64,000 nt of DNA from Bugula neritina (lineage: Eukaryota; Animalia; Bryozoa), in NCBI GenBank assembly GCA_964035545.1, contig OZ037771.1, positions 3,483,628-3,547,627 of the forward strand, read 5' to 3'. Shown piece by piece: positions 1 to 17,900 of the stretch. Numbering within the stretch: the stretch's first letter is position 1; every line of letters begins with the position of its first letter. Under the pieces are notes generated by a model. That model was not told the DNA's origin and searched no databases. It worked only from the letters and a program-made list of their open reading frames with translations. The position numbers were made by a program, and so were the translations under genes.

Positions 1-390
1 TTTTCTCCAAAACTAGTTGTTTTTTATTGAAAGTTTAAGATTTACTCATATCAACATTAAACAAAATCAGAAAATTTTCATTATGATTTAAAAAGTAGCT
101 GGGCATCCATTACCTTAGAGATGAAAATTCTCACTTGAGAGTATTACTGTTTTATATTTAACCACCTTTAGTTTTGTTGCTTTTAATAAGAAAAGATATA
201 CAATATATATATGTGCGCGCGTGTGTGTATATACTGTATATACAGTATATACTGTATATACAGTATATATGTATATACAGTTACACAGTATATACTGTAT
301 ATTGTGTACCATATATGCCTGTGTGGCAGTTGTTACTCGCCTGGTCCCTTTGATTATTTAATTAGTAATTTCTGTGTTTTTTGTTTGCAG

Positions 391-1494
391 TCACTACTAC
401 TACTGCGGGTAGTTGTGGAGGCACCCTCACTGCTTCTTCTGGTACTCTAACATCTCCCAACTACCCCGAAGATTTTCCTGAAAACTCCTACTGCGTGTGG
501 AATATCACGGTACCCAGTGGAGTTGTCTCCCTTACATTTTATGATGTAGACTTTGAGGGCGATGCTGCAGGATGTACTGACAATCTTTATGTGAGTTGGT
601 AGCTGTCGTCTGTGTTTTATATATGTTTGGTTGAAAATTTGCTCAAATGACACTAGCTTTAAAAAGATTTTTGAAAAAATGGCTACATTTCCTTACTTAA
701 AAATGTGCTCTTGTTCCTTTTTTATTAGTGAGGTAACACATTTTTCAACGTGAAAAAGTCATTTTTTTAAAAATAAATTGTAAGCTAAATTCAAAGCACT
801 ATGAGGCTTACTCTTGATACCCAATGTCTAGCTCTCATTGTATAAATAACATGAGTTTACTATATTTTTAGTGTGTAACATTACTTATATCAATAAGGGT
901 GTCAATAAATATAGCACTTTTCACTCAAGAACTATTTTTGCCAAATTAGATTCTGTCCAAAAGTTGTTTATAGTTATTACTTTGTGTGTTTTTGTAAGTG
1001 TTAAAACTTATAACAGTCTTTACAAATATTCTTTCATTTGTTATAGTTTTTTAGTATTGTATAATATTTATCATGCGGTCTTTAAATTCTATTTAGATTT
1101 GAAATGTTGGACGTGGATGTTATTTTAGTTATCAAAGCCAAAGAAACGGTTGATGAAGCTGCATATTAGTATAATTTAAAATTATAATACTGAGATTTCT
1201 TATTTTCAGGTTTATAATGTGCCCAGCAATGACTATTTCTTTTCTCTGTGTGACTCGGCTGTTCCTGTAACTGTGACTGGAAACTCCAGCTCTATCAGTG
1301 TTGTCTTCATCAGTAATAGCTCTAGTCAAGGTCATACAGGGTTCTCTGCTAGTTGGTATGCTACTGTAACTACATCGACTGTTTCCCCAACTCTTTCCAC
1401 TAACACAGACGTTGTGGAGTGCTCTTTTAAAGCTGCTCTTCGTGCAAACTTGTTGTTATTAGTTTTTATATCATTTTTGTATTTTGCTTACTAA
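391..1494 (+). CDS. 3' part of a CUB-domain cell-surface protein with GPI-type tail (paralog 1); 5' end lies before the window
   Basis: Exons 391-590 (ttgcag|...tat|gtgagt) and 1210-1494 (ttcag|...TAA). Protein TTTTAGSCGGTLTASSGTLTSPNYPEDFPENSYCVWNITVPSG..GCTDNLY|VYNVP..LCDS..VVFISNSS..GFSASW is a CUB domain with 4 Cys, followed by a Ser/Thr stalk and hydrophobic end LLLLVFISFLYFAY*. AATAAA at 1645. Confidence 0.9.
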
Positions 1495-1999
1495 CCCTAC
1501 CTGATCTGAGATTATATGGTGTACTGTTGATATTGCCCAGAGGTCTATAATTTGATATTATCTTATTTTATTACTATTAGTATCATGTTTTGATATACAA
1601 TGTTGCTGCTGATTTATTATAATGGAAGTTTGTGCATCTATTTCAATAAATTTTCTAATGAAATTTACCAATAATAGTCATAGTTTGTAATGCAGAGCTT
1701 CACAGTTTTTTTTTATCAACTTAATTCTGCCTCTATGAGTTAGGTGTTAAATGTTAGTATGTACTGCATTGTAATAACTTTACTTAGTTTAAAGTTTTAG
1801 TTTTTGTAAGAAGCCAACAGATTTTCAGTAATAAAGTTGGTTAGTTGGTATGGCTGAACATAAGAACTAAGCCTGTATACCAATATTTTAAAGTGGAAAA
1901 TTTAGGTTTCTATTGCACCACTATTATTTCTGCTGCTTTTGTTATGGTGGGTTTTACTGATTTTGAGTATTGTAAACTCACCTAATAATATATATATAA

Positions 2000-2359
2000 T
2001 GTGGCCTTGGGGTGAGCTCGGGGTCGGTGTGCAGTTGCGGGTTAATAGCTTGGCTGCAAGGTAACTCCAGCTCCTGTCCGTCCGGTAGGGGTGAAGTTGA
2101 GACTCCGGGTTAGAGTAGTTGGCTGGTGGTGCTCCTCAGTCTATGGTCCTGGGTCAGCAGTCTAACACATTCTAATTGGGTCGCATACATTCTATACAAA
2201 TATCCGCAATTGTTCCTCAATCAGTCTCAAGTCTCTCCATTCTCCCATTTGCACTAGGTTATATAGCTATAACACTCGCACGAGCCACACCCACGCTATA
2301 AGTAATATTAGAGTTGTGCACCCCACACACATGCAACAATAAGAGATGACAACTACACA
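2000..2359 (-). mobile_element. Possible solo LTR / GC-richer insertion
   Basis: Sharply bounded, GC-richer 360-bp block with TGTG...CACA termini and a minus-strand TATATAA (2259-2265). No clean target-site duplication. Confidence 0.3.
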
Positions 2360-2469
2360 TATTTATAATACTTATAAATCCAGATATAACAATAGCAACA
2401 GCAATGAAGTGTTTCACATCTGGCCAGTTTCCGGTTAAACTATGCCTAATCTCAAAGCAGAATCTCGTA

Positions 2470-5400
2470 ATGAATTTTGTCCAACTATTCCTGAAGGTTA
2501 TTAGCCTTATCTTATGGCTACAAGGTAAAAATATCAATGTAGTTTGTATATCATTTCAAATAATAAAAGCTCTATTATTTTGTAAATTATAAAACTAAAT
2601 TGCATGGGTTTGTCTTTTAAAATAAATAAGGTTCTGTAACTGTAAGAAGAGCAGGAAGCTACTAGGACTTGTAGTGATATACTAATACTTACTTTGGTGC
2701 TCGGTGTTGTTAAATATAAGGTTCAGCACTAGCCCTAGGAGTAGAAGTACGTCTTAAGATATTGACTTTGAATATCACTCATTACTGATAGTAATTACTC
2801 ATTAGTCATTGAAATATAAAATATATTTATAGCTTTTAAATTTAATACAAGTTTTAAATATTTAATTCAGTGGTATCACTACCAGCACCAGCTTAGTAAC
2901 AGTGTTACTATCAGTTATCAGTATGACTATCACTATGACTATATGAGTATCAGTAACTGTAAGAGTATGCAAAAGTAACTACCCAAACCTGTGTTTTTGG
3001 CTAATAGTAATAGTAATACTAATAGCAATAATTAAACTTTTATCAAAAAATGTATAAAATGATAAGTTTTAAAATGTAGCAAAATTTGCCCAATTTAAAT
3101 TTTTAGTTGTTTGTTGACAGCTCATAGTCATTAGTTTTACCCCTTAAGTATAGGCAAGACAGATATATTTCCTACTAAAGTTTTATAAAAATATGAGTTA
3201 TACTGAAAGTGAATACCTACATTTTCTTACCAGCAATTTTCATTTGATAAAATTGTAATCAGCCAATGCGGACTACTAGTACTGCTACTAGTAGCAGTAC
3301 ACAAACTTAAGGTAAAGTGACCCAGTTCTGTTAGTAAAATAACGGTAAAAATTTATACCAGTTTGGTGTAAATTTTTTCAAATTGCAAATAATTAGGCTT
3401 TATTTCTAATTGATGATTTACATTCTGGTGTAGAAATGTAAAACTCAAAGATGCTAATGCTGTTGTTTTATTTTATAAATCATTTCATGATTGAAACATT
3501 GTATAGGCTTGTTTTGCTCTCTCACATCATAGATTTTACTTTAGTTATGCGTCCACGGCTTTTAGAGCCTTGAGTTATGCCTGAAGTTGAAAATCTGTAT
3601 TAATTACTAAAGATTGAATTACTCTTAATTTTAGAATAATTAATATCAATAAACAAGAATTAGACAATCTAGAAAAGTGCAAATAGTCCCAATTCACATG
3701 CAGTTGCAACATTTTGCTGTAGCTGGTGAATAGCTTTTTTTTCAGAAGTGCATTTTTGTCTATATATTTACAGTGAGTTATAGTGGATCCTCTACTACTA
3801 CCTCTACTACTACTGGTGCGAGTGGTTGTGGAAGCACCCTCACTAGCTTTGCTGGTACTCTAACATCTCCCAACTATCCTGGCAACTATCCACCTGATTT
3901 AAACTGTATCTGGACTATCACTGTACCCGCCGGCATTATTTCTCTGACCTTCATTAAAATAGACCTTGACCCACAAACTGGAATCTGTAGTGATAGTGGC
4001 GATAGTGTGCATGTGAGTTGTGTGTTTTACTGGCAACTAGTAGTTTCTAGGAGAGAAAAAGCATCTTGTTTATAAACCCTCCTTTTATACTGTCAAGGAG
4101 GTGGCTTGCTTTAAAATCTAAACCTTTAGCAATATTGATAGTTAATTTTTTATCATTCACATTAAAATCCAAGGGATAGATGTTTAAAAGCTCTCCGTAA
4201 GCACCAATCTCTTTTCTGATAGACAAATGAAAAATTTATTCATAAGCTAGGTTGGTTCGAATTGCCAATATGGATTTTAGATGTCAAAAATTAATACTTA
4301 AATTGTTGAATGTTCAAACATTTTATACTACTTTTATTCAAATGACAATAAACTTACAGCTTGATGTTACGTTTTACTTTCATTGATTTTGTCAATGCGA
4401 TTGAAATGAAGTGTGCCTTTTATAAAATTATATAGCAATTCTCTACATTTGAATCTTCATTCAGGTTTATGATGGATTAAGTGGTGACATAGTTATTTCC
4501 CTGTGTGGAACACAGGCACCTGTTACGGTTAATGGAATATCTAGATCACTTAGAGTTGTCTTCACTACTGACAGTACTGGAGAGCGAGTAGGATTTGCAG
4601 CCACTTGGACAAGTGAGTCATGTATTCAATATTTGAAGAATGTTTAGCTTCTGTGACCTTCAATGACCTTTCTGTTTAGTCGATATATGTGATGCCATGT
4701 CTTACTATGCTACACTATATACCTTTATATACTATTTTATACTCTCCTATGCTATATCCTGCACTATACTACACTTCACCATACCGTGCTATACTATTTT
4801 ATACTATGCTTCACTACGTTATAATGCTACACTATACTATACTCTATATGTCATACTATACTTTACTATTTTATGCTCTATTTAACAAATATCGTACACC
4901 TAGCACTAATTAGGATAGTTGCTATTATATGCCATAGCATTATAACATTGACCGTTATATTATAACACAGTTATACTGCAATGTTTAGCTGTTGGTTTAA
5001 GTTATTTTTTGCCTATTTGGTTCTAGGCGCTCTTCCCAGTACACAGTCAACATCCACCCCTTCTGGTAAGTTTATATACTTCCATTTTGATCAAATCAAC
5101 TTCTTCAAACAAATACACCAGTATTGTGTACTTGTATAGCCACGGTTGGTGTTTAAACACTGGAATTTTGCGTTTAGTAAACCTTAGTTGTAGTAGTAAA
5201 GGAAATAGGAGAGTAGCAACTGGTTAGTTTCAGGACATTTATTTCTATTGGATTAAAATTTCTGCACATTGGTGTTAGTTTTAGTTCAGAGTTGTTCATG
5301 TCTTTTTGAAACAAAAAAAACATGGATACTGTTAGACTTGACTATCATTTATGGCCACAGTTCTGTTGGAATAACTTTTCATTGATAATTTCTGCATTTT

Positions 5401-6455
5401 GTATTTATGTACAGTCACCACTACTACTGCGGGTGGTTGTGGAGGCACCCTCACTGCTTTTTCTGGTACTCTAACATCTCCCAACTATCCTGGAGATTTT
5501 CCCGAAAACTCCTACTGCGTGTGGAATATCACGGTACCCAGTGGAGTTGTCTCCCTTACATTTTATGAAGTAGACTTTGAGAGCAATGCTGCAGGATGTA
5601 CTGACAATCTTTATGTGAGTTGGTAGCTGTCGTCTGTGTTTTATACATGTTTGGTTGAAAATTGGCCCAATATGACATCAGCTTTTATAAGATCTATGAA
5701 AGAATGGCTAAATTTGCTTAGTAACAATATGCTCTTGTTCTCCTATTATCAAAAGGTTAACAGTTTTGTCAACTTGAAAAAGTCATTTTCTAAAAAAATA
5801 TTTTAAGCTATTTTATGCAAAGCGCTATCCCATGCTTTTTCGCCATTCTATAACTAACATGAGTTAACTATATTCGTACTTTGTAACATGACATATATTG
5901 AAAAAGGTGCCAATATACATGGCCTTTTCCAATTCTACTTTAGCCAAGTTAGATGCTGTTGAAAAAGTTCTATTTTGTTGTTGAGTTTTTAAGCATTGCA
6001 ACAATTTTGACAAAGATTCATTTCAATTCGGGCTATGTTTTAATATAGTATAATATATGCAATGCGGTACTTTTAATGCTATTAAAATTAGAAAACTTGA
6101 AGAGTTATGTTTTGGCTTGATTTTCATTCTAGTTAAAATCGTGTTTTAAGCTGAGGTTTCATATTTTCAGGTTTATGATACGTTCAGCAACGTCCAGTTG
6201 TTTTCTCTGTGTGACTCGGTTGTTCCTGTAACTGTGACTGGAAACTCCAGCTCTGTCAAAGTTGTCTTCATCAGTAATAGCTCTAGTCAAGGTCATACAG
6301 GGTTCTCTGCTAGTTGGTATGCTATTGTAACTACACCTACTGTTTCCTCAACTCTTTCCACTGATGCAGAAGTTGTTGAGTGCTGTCATAAGGAGGCTCT
6401 TTGTGCAAACTTGCTGTTATTAGTTTTTATATCATTTTTATATTTTGCTTACTAA
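2470..6455 (+). CDS. Secreted, probably GPI-anchored two-CUB-domain protein (paralog 2), 321 aa
   Basis: join(2470-2524,3774-4012,4465-4612,5027-5065,5415-5614,6171-6455); all GT-AG, phases 1,0,1,1,0 consistent, 966 nt. Signal peptide MNFVQLFLKVISLILWLQ|VSYS; CUB-A GCGSTLT..TSPNYPGNYPPDLNCIWTI..VYDG..LCG..VVFTTDS..GFAATW; linker SALPSTQSTSTPS; CUB-B; hydrophobic C-terminus. Exon 1 is the least certain; an upstream in-frame ATG exists at 2404. Confidence 0.88.
4704..4880. repeat. Degenerate (TATAC/CTATA)n pentamer microsatellite in CUB intron
   Basis: Visible 5-bp periodicity (ctatg ctaca ctata ...); explains the Tyr/Thr/Leu-rich ORFs at 4689-4913. Confidence 0.75.
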
Positions 6456-9036
6456 CCCCACCTGATCTGAGATTATATGGCGTACTATCAATATTGACTT
6501 CTATCATTTTATAGCATTTTATTTTACTACTATTTTATATTTTTATATGCAATAATGCTGTTGATGTATTATAATGGAAGTTGTGCATTTACTCTAATCA
6601 ATTTTCCTAATATAACTTATTACTTAATCTATGGAAAATGTTCAGTCATAATTTGTGATGCAAAGTTTTAAAGTTTTTGTGAACTGCGTTCTACCTCAAC
6701 GAGTTAGGTGTTGGTGTGTACTGCATTTAAATCACTTTACACGTCTTATAGTTCCAGTTGTTAGAATCAATCAACATATTTTTGTAAAATGGGTCAATTG
6801 GTATGCCTGAATGTATATCATAAGGAAAAATTTAGGTTGCTACTTTTACTGTGCCACTAGTATATATGTACTGTTTCGTAATCCTTTCTTTTAAATTTTC
6901 TGCATATTTAAATTCCTAAGCTTTTTCATCAAAAGGAAGTTTAAACTCAAACTAGCAAAAATACCATGAGTTATGGTCCCCCCACATTTTTAGAATGAGC
7001 TAGCTCTAAAACAGCAGAATGATTAGCAACAAAAAACATATTTCATAAGATTGGAAGAGGAAATAAATTAAAATTTAAGTCATATAATTTAAATTGCAAA
7101 TGCCGCTCAGCATGAGTGTGGGTGGCAAAATAGCATTTCATAAGCAACAGGCATAGCACCTTGAAAAGGGGCTTAAAAAGGTCCATAGAATTTTTATATA
7201 CTATAATTATTTTAGTGATCGTTCACCTATTGAAACCAGTGGGCTTATAAGTTGTATCCCTTTGATTGAAATGATTGATCACTTGGGACATAATATTAGT
7301 AATAATAGTTGACCTCGCATTCCGTTTCAATGCACTAAAATGTGAAATTAGCCCACGTATACCTCCAAAATACTGAAGGGCAATAATGTATCCCCCTATC
7401 GCCAAATTTACTTTAACTATAGTTTTTAGGGCTATATTTGTGTAACCATTATATCTATTTCTTATTTGATTCCGTGCACCAGTGACGTGCGGCTTATAAT
7501 AATAATTTAACTAATGATTCAGTTGTAAAGTTAAAGATAATTGATAATCACAATGAGTATGAGTATCAGCAATGGTCATACTGATCCTGGTAGTGATAAT
7601 GATACTGATACTCATACCCATAGTCATAGTCAAATTCAATGCCATAACAGAGTCATACTCATAGTCAAATTGATATTGTCAAACTCAATCAGTCAATGTC
7701 TATTGTCATTGAATTTCATTAAGTGATTAACCATTTAATGATTAATCATAATGATAATGCATTCATATTTCATAGTGATGTAGATTTAGAATCTTAAAGT
7801 TAAAGCTCACTAACTCTAAAAGTAAGTCAAGTCTAACTCCAAAACTAAGTAAATACTAAATAGTGATACTAGAACTAGAAGTAGCAGTTTACTTAAAGTA
7901 AAATTTTTTTTAAAAAGTAAGAGACTAAATGGCGGATCAGTGATCTGTAATTAAGATACACTAAAAGTAAATCTAAAGTAATTGACTAATAGTAATTCAC
8001 AAACTCAAAGTGCCAATGACAATATCAAAACTTGATTGATAAAGTCAAGTAATCTGAATGAGTAATTTATGAATTGTCAATATCAATATAAAAGTGAATT
8101 ATTACAAGTACAACTAAGAGTTTTAATTGAATTTAATCTTAACAGCAAAATAAAAATACTAAATTAGTAACTAGCTTTTATTGGTGAGCTGTGTGTTAGT
8201 TTTATATGATATATTGATATACTAATGCCAATGCCAATCACTTTCACTTTGTGCCAATGGTTATGGTGATAATCCATTTGTTCTAAATTTCAAATTGACA
8301 GAATTAATACCAAATCAAATCGCAAATAATATAGAATTTTAGTTACAAATGGGCTGATTTTATAAATACTCCTAGTCATGGTAATGCTCTAATAGTTTAA
8401 TAATAGCCTTAATAATAGCTCATATTTGTAATAGTATTATTATTATGATAACTAATAACTTTAAAAGACTTTGAGTTATAGTCATCAGTAATAATTACAA
8501 TAAATGAACAATACAAATGACGTAGAAATGATGCTTACAGTTATCCTCATGCTTATTCTGACACCAATTCAAGTTTGTTTTGATAGTACTAATTGCAATA
8601 GTAATCATACTTTGCTTGGAATATATTGTTATTGTTATACAAAAATAAAGACAAATTATATATTACTACTAAAGCTAATTCTTACTTTTCAATTATGCGT
8701 TCACTAAAAAGCACATCGTGAGTTTTAAACCAATTAGTATATTTGACTTAGTTTGCAATTGTTATGTGTAACTTGCAGTCTGAGATGTAATGAACTGACT
8801 GTGAAAGAGTGACTTGATTCTCTTTGGTTTAAAATGATGGCTGTTTTTCCTTAATAATAGCCATTTTAATAGCTAATTTATAGCATAAAGAGAGAGCTGA
8901 AAAAAAATTTTACAAGCAAGAAAGTAGTTTAATTATAATATGTGCAATTAGTTTGCTGTTTAATTTTATAGTTTCAGTCCCTTAATTTTGCTTTTAAGCA
9001 TATAAATGCATATTAAAGTATAGGGACAAGCTATAA

Positions 9037-13300
<4,264 letters not shown>

Positions 13301-14265
13301 CTACTTTACAAGACAACACGGGCGGGATGAAGACCTCCTGGGTCAACCAGAAACTGCTCCACTAAACTTTGGCTAAGCATGCTAGTCATTTTATAGGCGT
13401 CACCCATTGAGGAAATGACCAAAGTCCTTACCTTTGAAAATAGATTTATTTTGCAGGTGGTAGTAATTTTCATGATGTAAAGTGCGCATGGACATACAAT
13501 TATAATAACTAATCTAGATATGCTAATGCTCTGGTATGCTAGACAGTTGCTTGGTGACATCATGAGACAAGTTGTTAAGTACAATAAGGTTTACTCGTTG
13601 CAGGTCACCTATCATAATGTTGCTGTTCCACTGTTATTAGTATCTTGTTAAATAATAATTATAAATTTTAGTGATTATGCTGTAAATTTATTTTTCTGGC
13701 AATATTGATTTAATATATGGTCTGTGACAAATCTGTAGAAATATTTTGACATTTTTCAACGCGTTGCAGTTGCTAAGAAGATGTTGGAACTATTTTAGCT
13801 CTAATCGCACAGTATGTTATCCCATTCCTGTAAAGTTATTGAATATCTGGCTAAAAATATGCTGTTGTACAGAATCCAATAATTAATCAATTTATATTCA
13901 ATAGCAAAGTTTGCCCAACACTTAATAAATTTCACATCCCTTTTCAATGGCGGCTTTTAATTAAAACTTTACTTTAAGCGAAGCCTTATGACAGAAACGC
14001 TTATAATTAATAATATTGACTTAGTTTAATAGCACAAGGTTCTTATTTCAAAGTGAAAGAGTGTATTTAATGTTTAAACCTTCTTGTGAGGCCATTGCCT
14101 GCTATTGCAATTTAAAGAAACCTTGCAGGTGACATGCCTACTTAAAACTAAGTATAACCTAAAGTGACGCACATTCAATATGACCTCCGAGATACATTAT
14201 TATATACTCTTAGGAAAGACAAGCCTGCTGTGTAATTGCACGTTTCTCTCAGAATGAGTGCCATA

Positions 14266-14279
14266 GTTTCCGTGGCAAC
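14266..14279. promoter_or_regulatory. RFX X-box-like motif
   Basis: GTTTCCGTGGCAAC; a second near-match GTTTCCATGGCAAA at 14697-14710. Confidence 0.4.
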
Positions 14280-14937
14280 CCCCAGGGGAGTATTTTAGGA
14301 ACTATTAATATGAAGGTGGCAGTAAGGCTCTTCCTTCACCACTGGCATATCTTAAAGCACTTTACGGTTATGAGCTAATTTCAGCTATATATATATATTA
14401 TTGTGATATTATAAAGCATTTATCAGTATTTAACATTGTCTTAAAAAGTGGTGTAAACTGTGTTGGGTCAAACCCTGCATGTTAAAATATTCAAATTACC
14501 AAGTTTCAAACCCATAATACTTTCAGGGGAATAATACTACACTGTTTGCAAACAATCTACATTAATCTTTGACTTGCATGCATAAAACATCTCTTAATAA
14601 GTCAACAGCAACTATAATAATTAGATGTATATTATGCAGATTGCTTTTTTTCCAGTTGGACCCAAATGCTTATTTCCAAAAATTAAGTTGTATGAAGTTT
14701 CCATGGCAAATTTGACGACGTACTGAATTTAATATATAATATATTTTTTGTTCATAAACCCACAATGCACAAGTACAGAACAATTGATTGGAAATGAAAG
14801 TTGATGATATTTTGTCGTGGATAACCTCTCCTGCATTCGGTACAGTTGTGCAGATTATCAGTTGTTAGAGCAGCTCAAAAAGTCATGTGACCGTTTAGAG
14901 TTATCAGTGCCTCTACACTTTGTGGTCATTAACATAT

Positions 14938-17900
14938 GTGACCTGGCACCACAAAACAAGGGATGTATATAAAATGTTGAAAACTTAGTTATTATTATGA
15001 ATTGATAGAGCTGACTTTTTCAAACATTTTGCACTTTATTTGAAGTCTCTAGCATAAATAGAACTCGAGATATCAGCATTTAAAAACTTTAACGTTTTTA
15101 GAATTTCTAACTTACTGTTTCGAGAAAATCGCATTTAAAGTTGGCAACTCTAGAATAAGTTGAGAATTGTTTGTTTACAATTTACAAGCCTTAGCAACGG
15201 GTCTTTGTATAATAGGAATAGTGACAAATTTGGTATCAAAATAATTGTGAAAGTTTGGGCTTTCTGTTGAACTAAATTTCATGCTGTCTCAACATAAAAT
15301 TAGGTCAAATATGGCCGCCAAACTTTTTGTCTAATTTATTTGTCAATTCGCTTTTTACTTTGTTCAATGGTTGAAAGGTTTAACAATTCCAGCAAAGAAG
15401 AGAATGTTTTAGCAAGTTTGTGTGTTGAGATATTTAAATTAGGCATCCAAGTCAGCAGGAAGTCTTATAAAACAAAATGGCAGCTGCTTCCTCTTATACA
15501 TTGAATATCTCCCTTTCCTCTAATATATTATGTAATATATCAAACTGCAGCTATTGAGCTGTGCTGTTTCATAATTTTTGCTTAATGAGTAGAACACTTA
15601 TGAGAAAATTATTTTACTATTATGAGATCATGCGAGATTTATTCATAAATATCTTTATAATCTCTAACGGCAACTAAATTTAGCAATTGATTTGGCTGAG
15701 ATGTTGAAAATATAAACATAAAATCAGCTAACAGAACTTTTGAGTTTTATTAGGCATTAATATTCACATTTAAAACATCAAATACATTATTTTAAAAAAC
15801 CAATTAAATGCAGTAAAAAATCCAGCCTCGATACAACTATTATGCTTGAATTAACTCTTATCAAGAAAAGAAAATAAGGTCGCTTCTATGGTTTTTGCAA
15901 AAAAGGCACTTTTCATCTTTCTACTTCCTTGGTCTTCATAATATGAGTTTACGGAGTATGGACACATAACATCATGTATGTGGCAAAAGCTTCATCACTA
16001 TCATCAGCTGATTTTCTAGCAATTATAGATGCTGCTACTTGACATCCATCCTGCCAATCTACCCACTTATTGTCTATTCCAAAGCTGGAAGTACAATGTT
16101 GACTTTTTTTAGATAAAAAAAGGAAACCGTAGCTTGATTAGAAATTATACCCAGTTATATTATAAAAATTTAGTTGGCTAAACACTCTTGTGGTACTATT
16201 ATGGCAGCAGTTAATTGTGATCCTGCATTTCATCAACGTTTAAATTTATTGAATTAAACAGAACAATTTAAATTAAAAAAATTCTTGATAATTTTCAAGC
16301 ACATCATTAAAAGGCTGCAAACCTTTTTATGAATGAAATAAGCAGAAGCCATAACCTTGCAAGCCAAAATTCAGTGTGTCTACATTAGAAGTATTAGATT
16401 GATAGGTAGTAGAGTTGTGTAGATATAAGTCTTCACTCTAATGCCCTCGCAAGTCCACTTTCTAAAACGTACAGAATATCCGATTATTCTATATTAACAT
16501 AGTATTATCAGTAAAATTACACATTATACACTTGAATATCTAGCATATCTGCAATTGGCAATTTTGAAGCAATGTCTTTCGATAACTATTAACCACTCAG
16601 GCATTTAATTGAGTAAAAAAGCTAGCTAAGTGCAATTGAATCTATTAAAGACATTTACTATAAAATCAATTTGAATTCAATAAATTACTTTAAAATATGA
16701 ATAAATTTTTGCTCATCTTATAATAAAATTAAAAAGTTTAGACTATTTATGCATTCAGTTAGTGTTACTACTTACTAAATAATACTAAAAGTAACTTACT
16801 GAAAAACTAAGTCAGTCAACTATAGAATCATCATGAACTCGCATTAATATTCCATCATTATACTCATTTACATTTAGTCACATTTATCATTTCCATTTGG
16901 TTATAGGTGATGCTTTTATCAATATAAATATAATTATCAATTGAGTTTTGACAGTAACTGTAAGCCTGCATAATGTGATAAAGATTTTATCATTATATTT
17001 TAAATCAAACTTTGAGCTAATTTAAAAATCACAAAAGAAACCGGTAGTTTGACTAGTATGCCTAATGTTAATAGTAATAGTAATCAGTAACCGTATTGAC
17101 AAAATCTAAGACAGAGGCTAAAAGTTACTAAGAGCAAGTCCAATGTAAATTGAAAAATCAACTATAGAATAAATCAATAAATATAATACTATAGCTATCA
17201 GTATGAGTATCAAGTTTTAAGAGCAAAGGCGAAACTCAGAGTCAGACTCAAATAGTGAATTTATATATATTAATTACTTATACTATTAATATTAATGAGC
17301 TACATTTGGTTTTACTACCAAATACCAGTATCAGTAAATCATGAATGATATTCATTATGATTATCATTATGAGTAACCGTACCTCAAACTTGAGTCATAG
17401 TGAGAGTCATTTAAATAGTTACTAGTATAGAAATAGAATAGAATAGACTAACTCTAAGACATACTCCTAGTCCTAGTGATGGTATAAATATTAATAAATT
17501 GATAACTACAAATAATCTTGGCAACAATTCTAAGTTAGCAGCGTAAATGATTGTTTTGAGTATAATTACCAGTATTGTTGTGATTTTCAAGCTTGAACGC
17601 TAAAGATAAAGATTAAGTTCAGCATTTATCACCAAAAGGGCAAAACAGCTCAGTAACTTAAAAGCTAACTTCGGATGGAACCCGATGAAAAACTAAAACT
17701 AGCCTTTGATCTTAAATACGATGCTTCTGACAATACGAAGAAAGAGGTGTAAGCTAAATTTATTTGATAAAAAGACAATTTGCAAGATCTCACGCTATAA
17801 AAATAACTAAAATTGTCTTCTTTCTTTAATTGATAACTTCGCAATTTTTTCATCATTTAAAAAATTGAAAGCCTTAGTTACCAACTTTAAATGCAATTTT

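Noticed and set aside
3234-3311. Signal-peptide-like GLLVLLLVAV segment as CUB exon 1
   Set aside because: No in-frame ATG, and the donor phase does not fit exon 3774.
391-6455. Single CUB gene with alternative terminal cassettes
   Set aside because: A separate signal-peptide exon at 2470-2524 in the correct phase and AATAAA at 1645 favour two genes.
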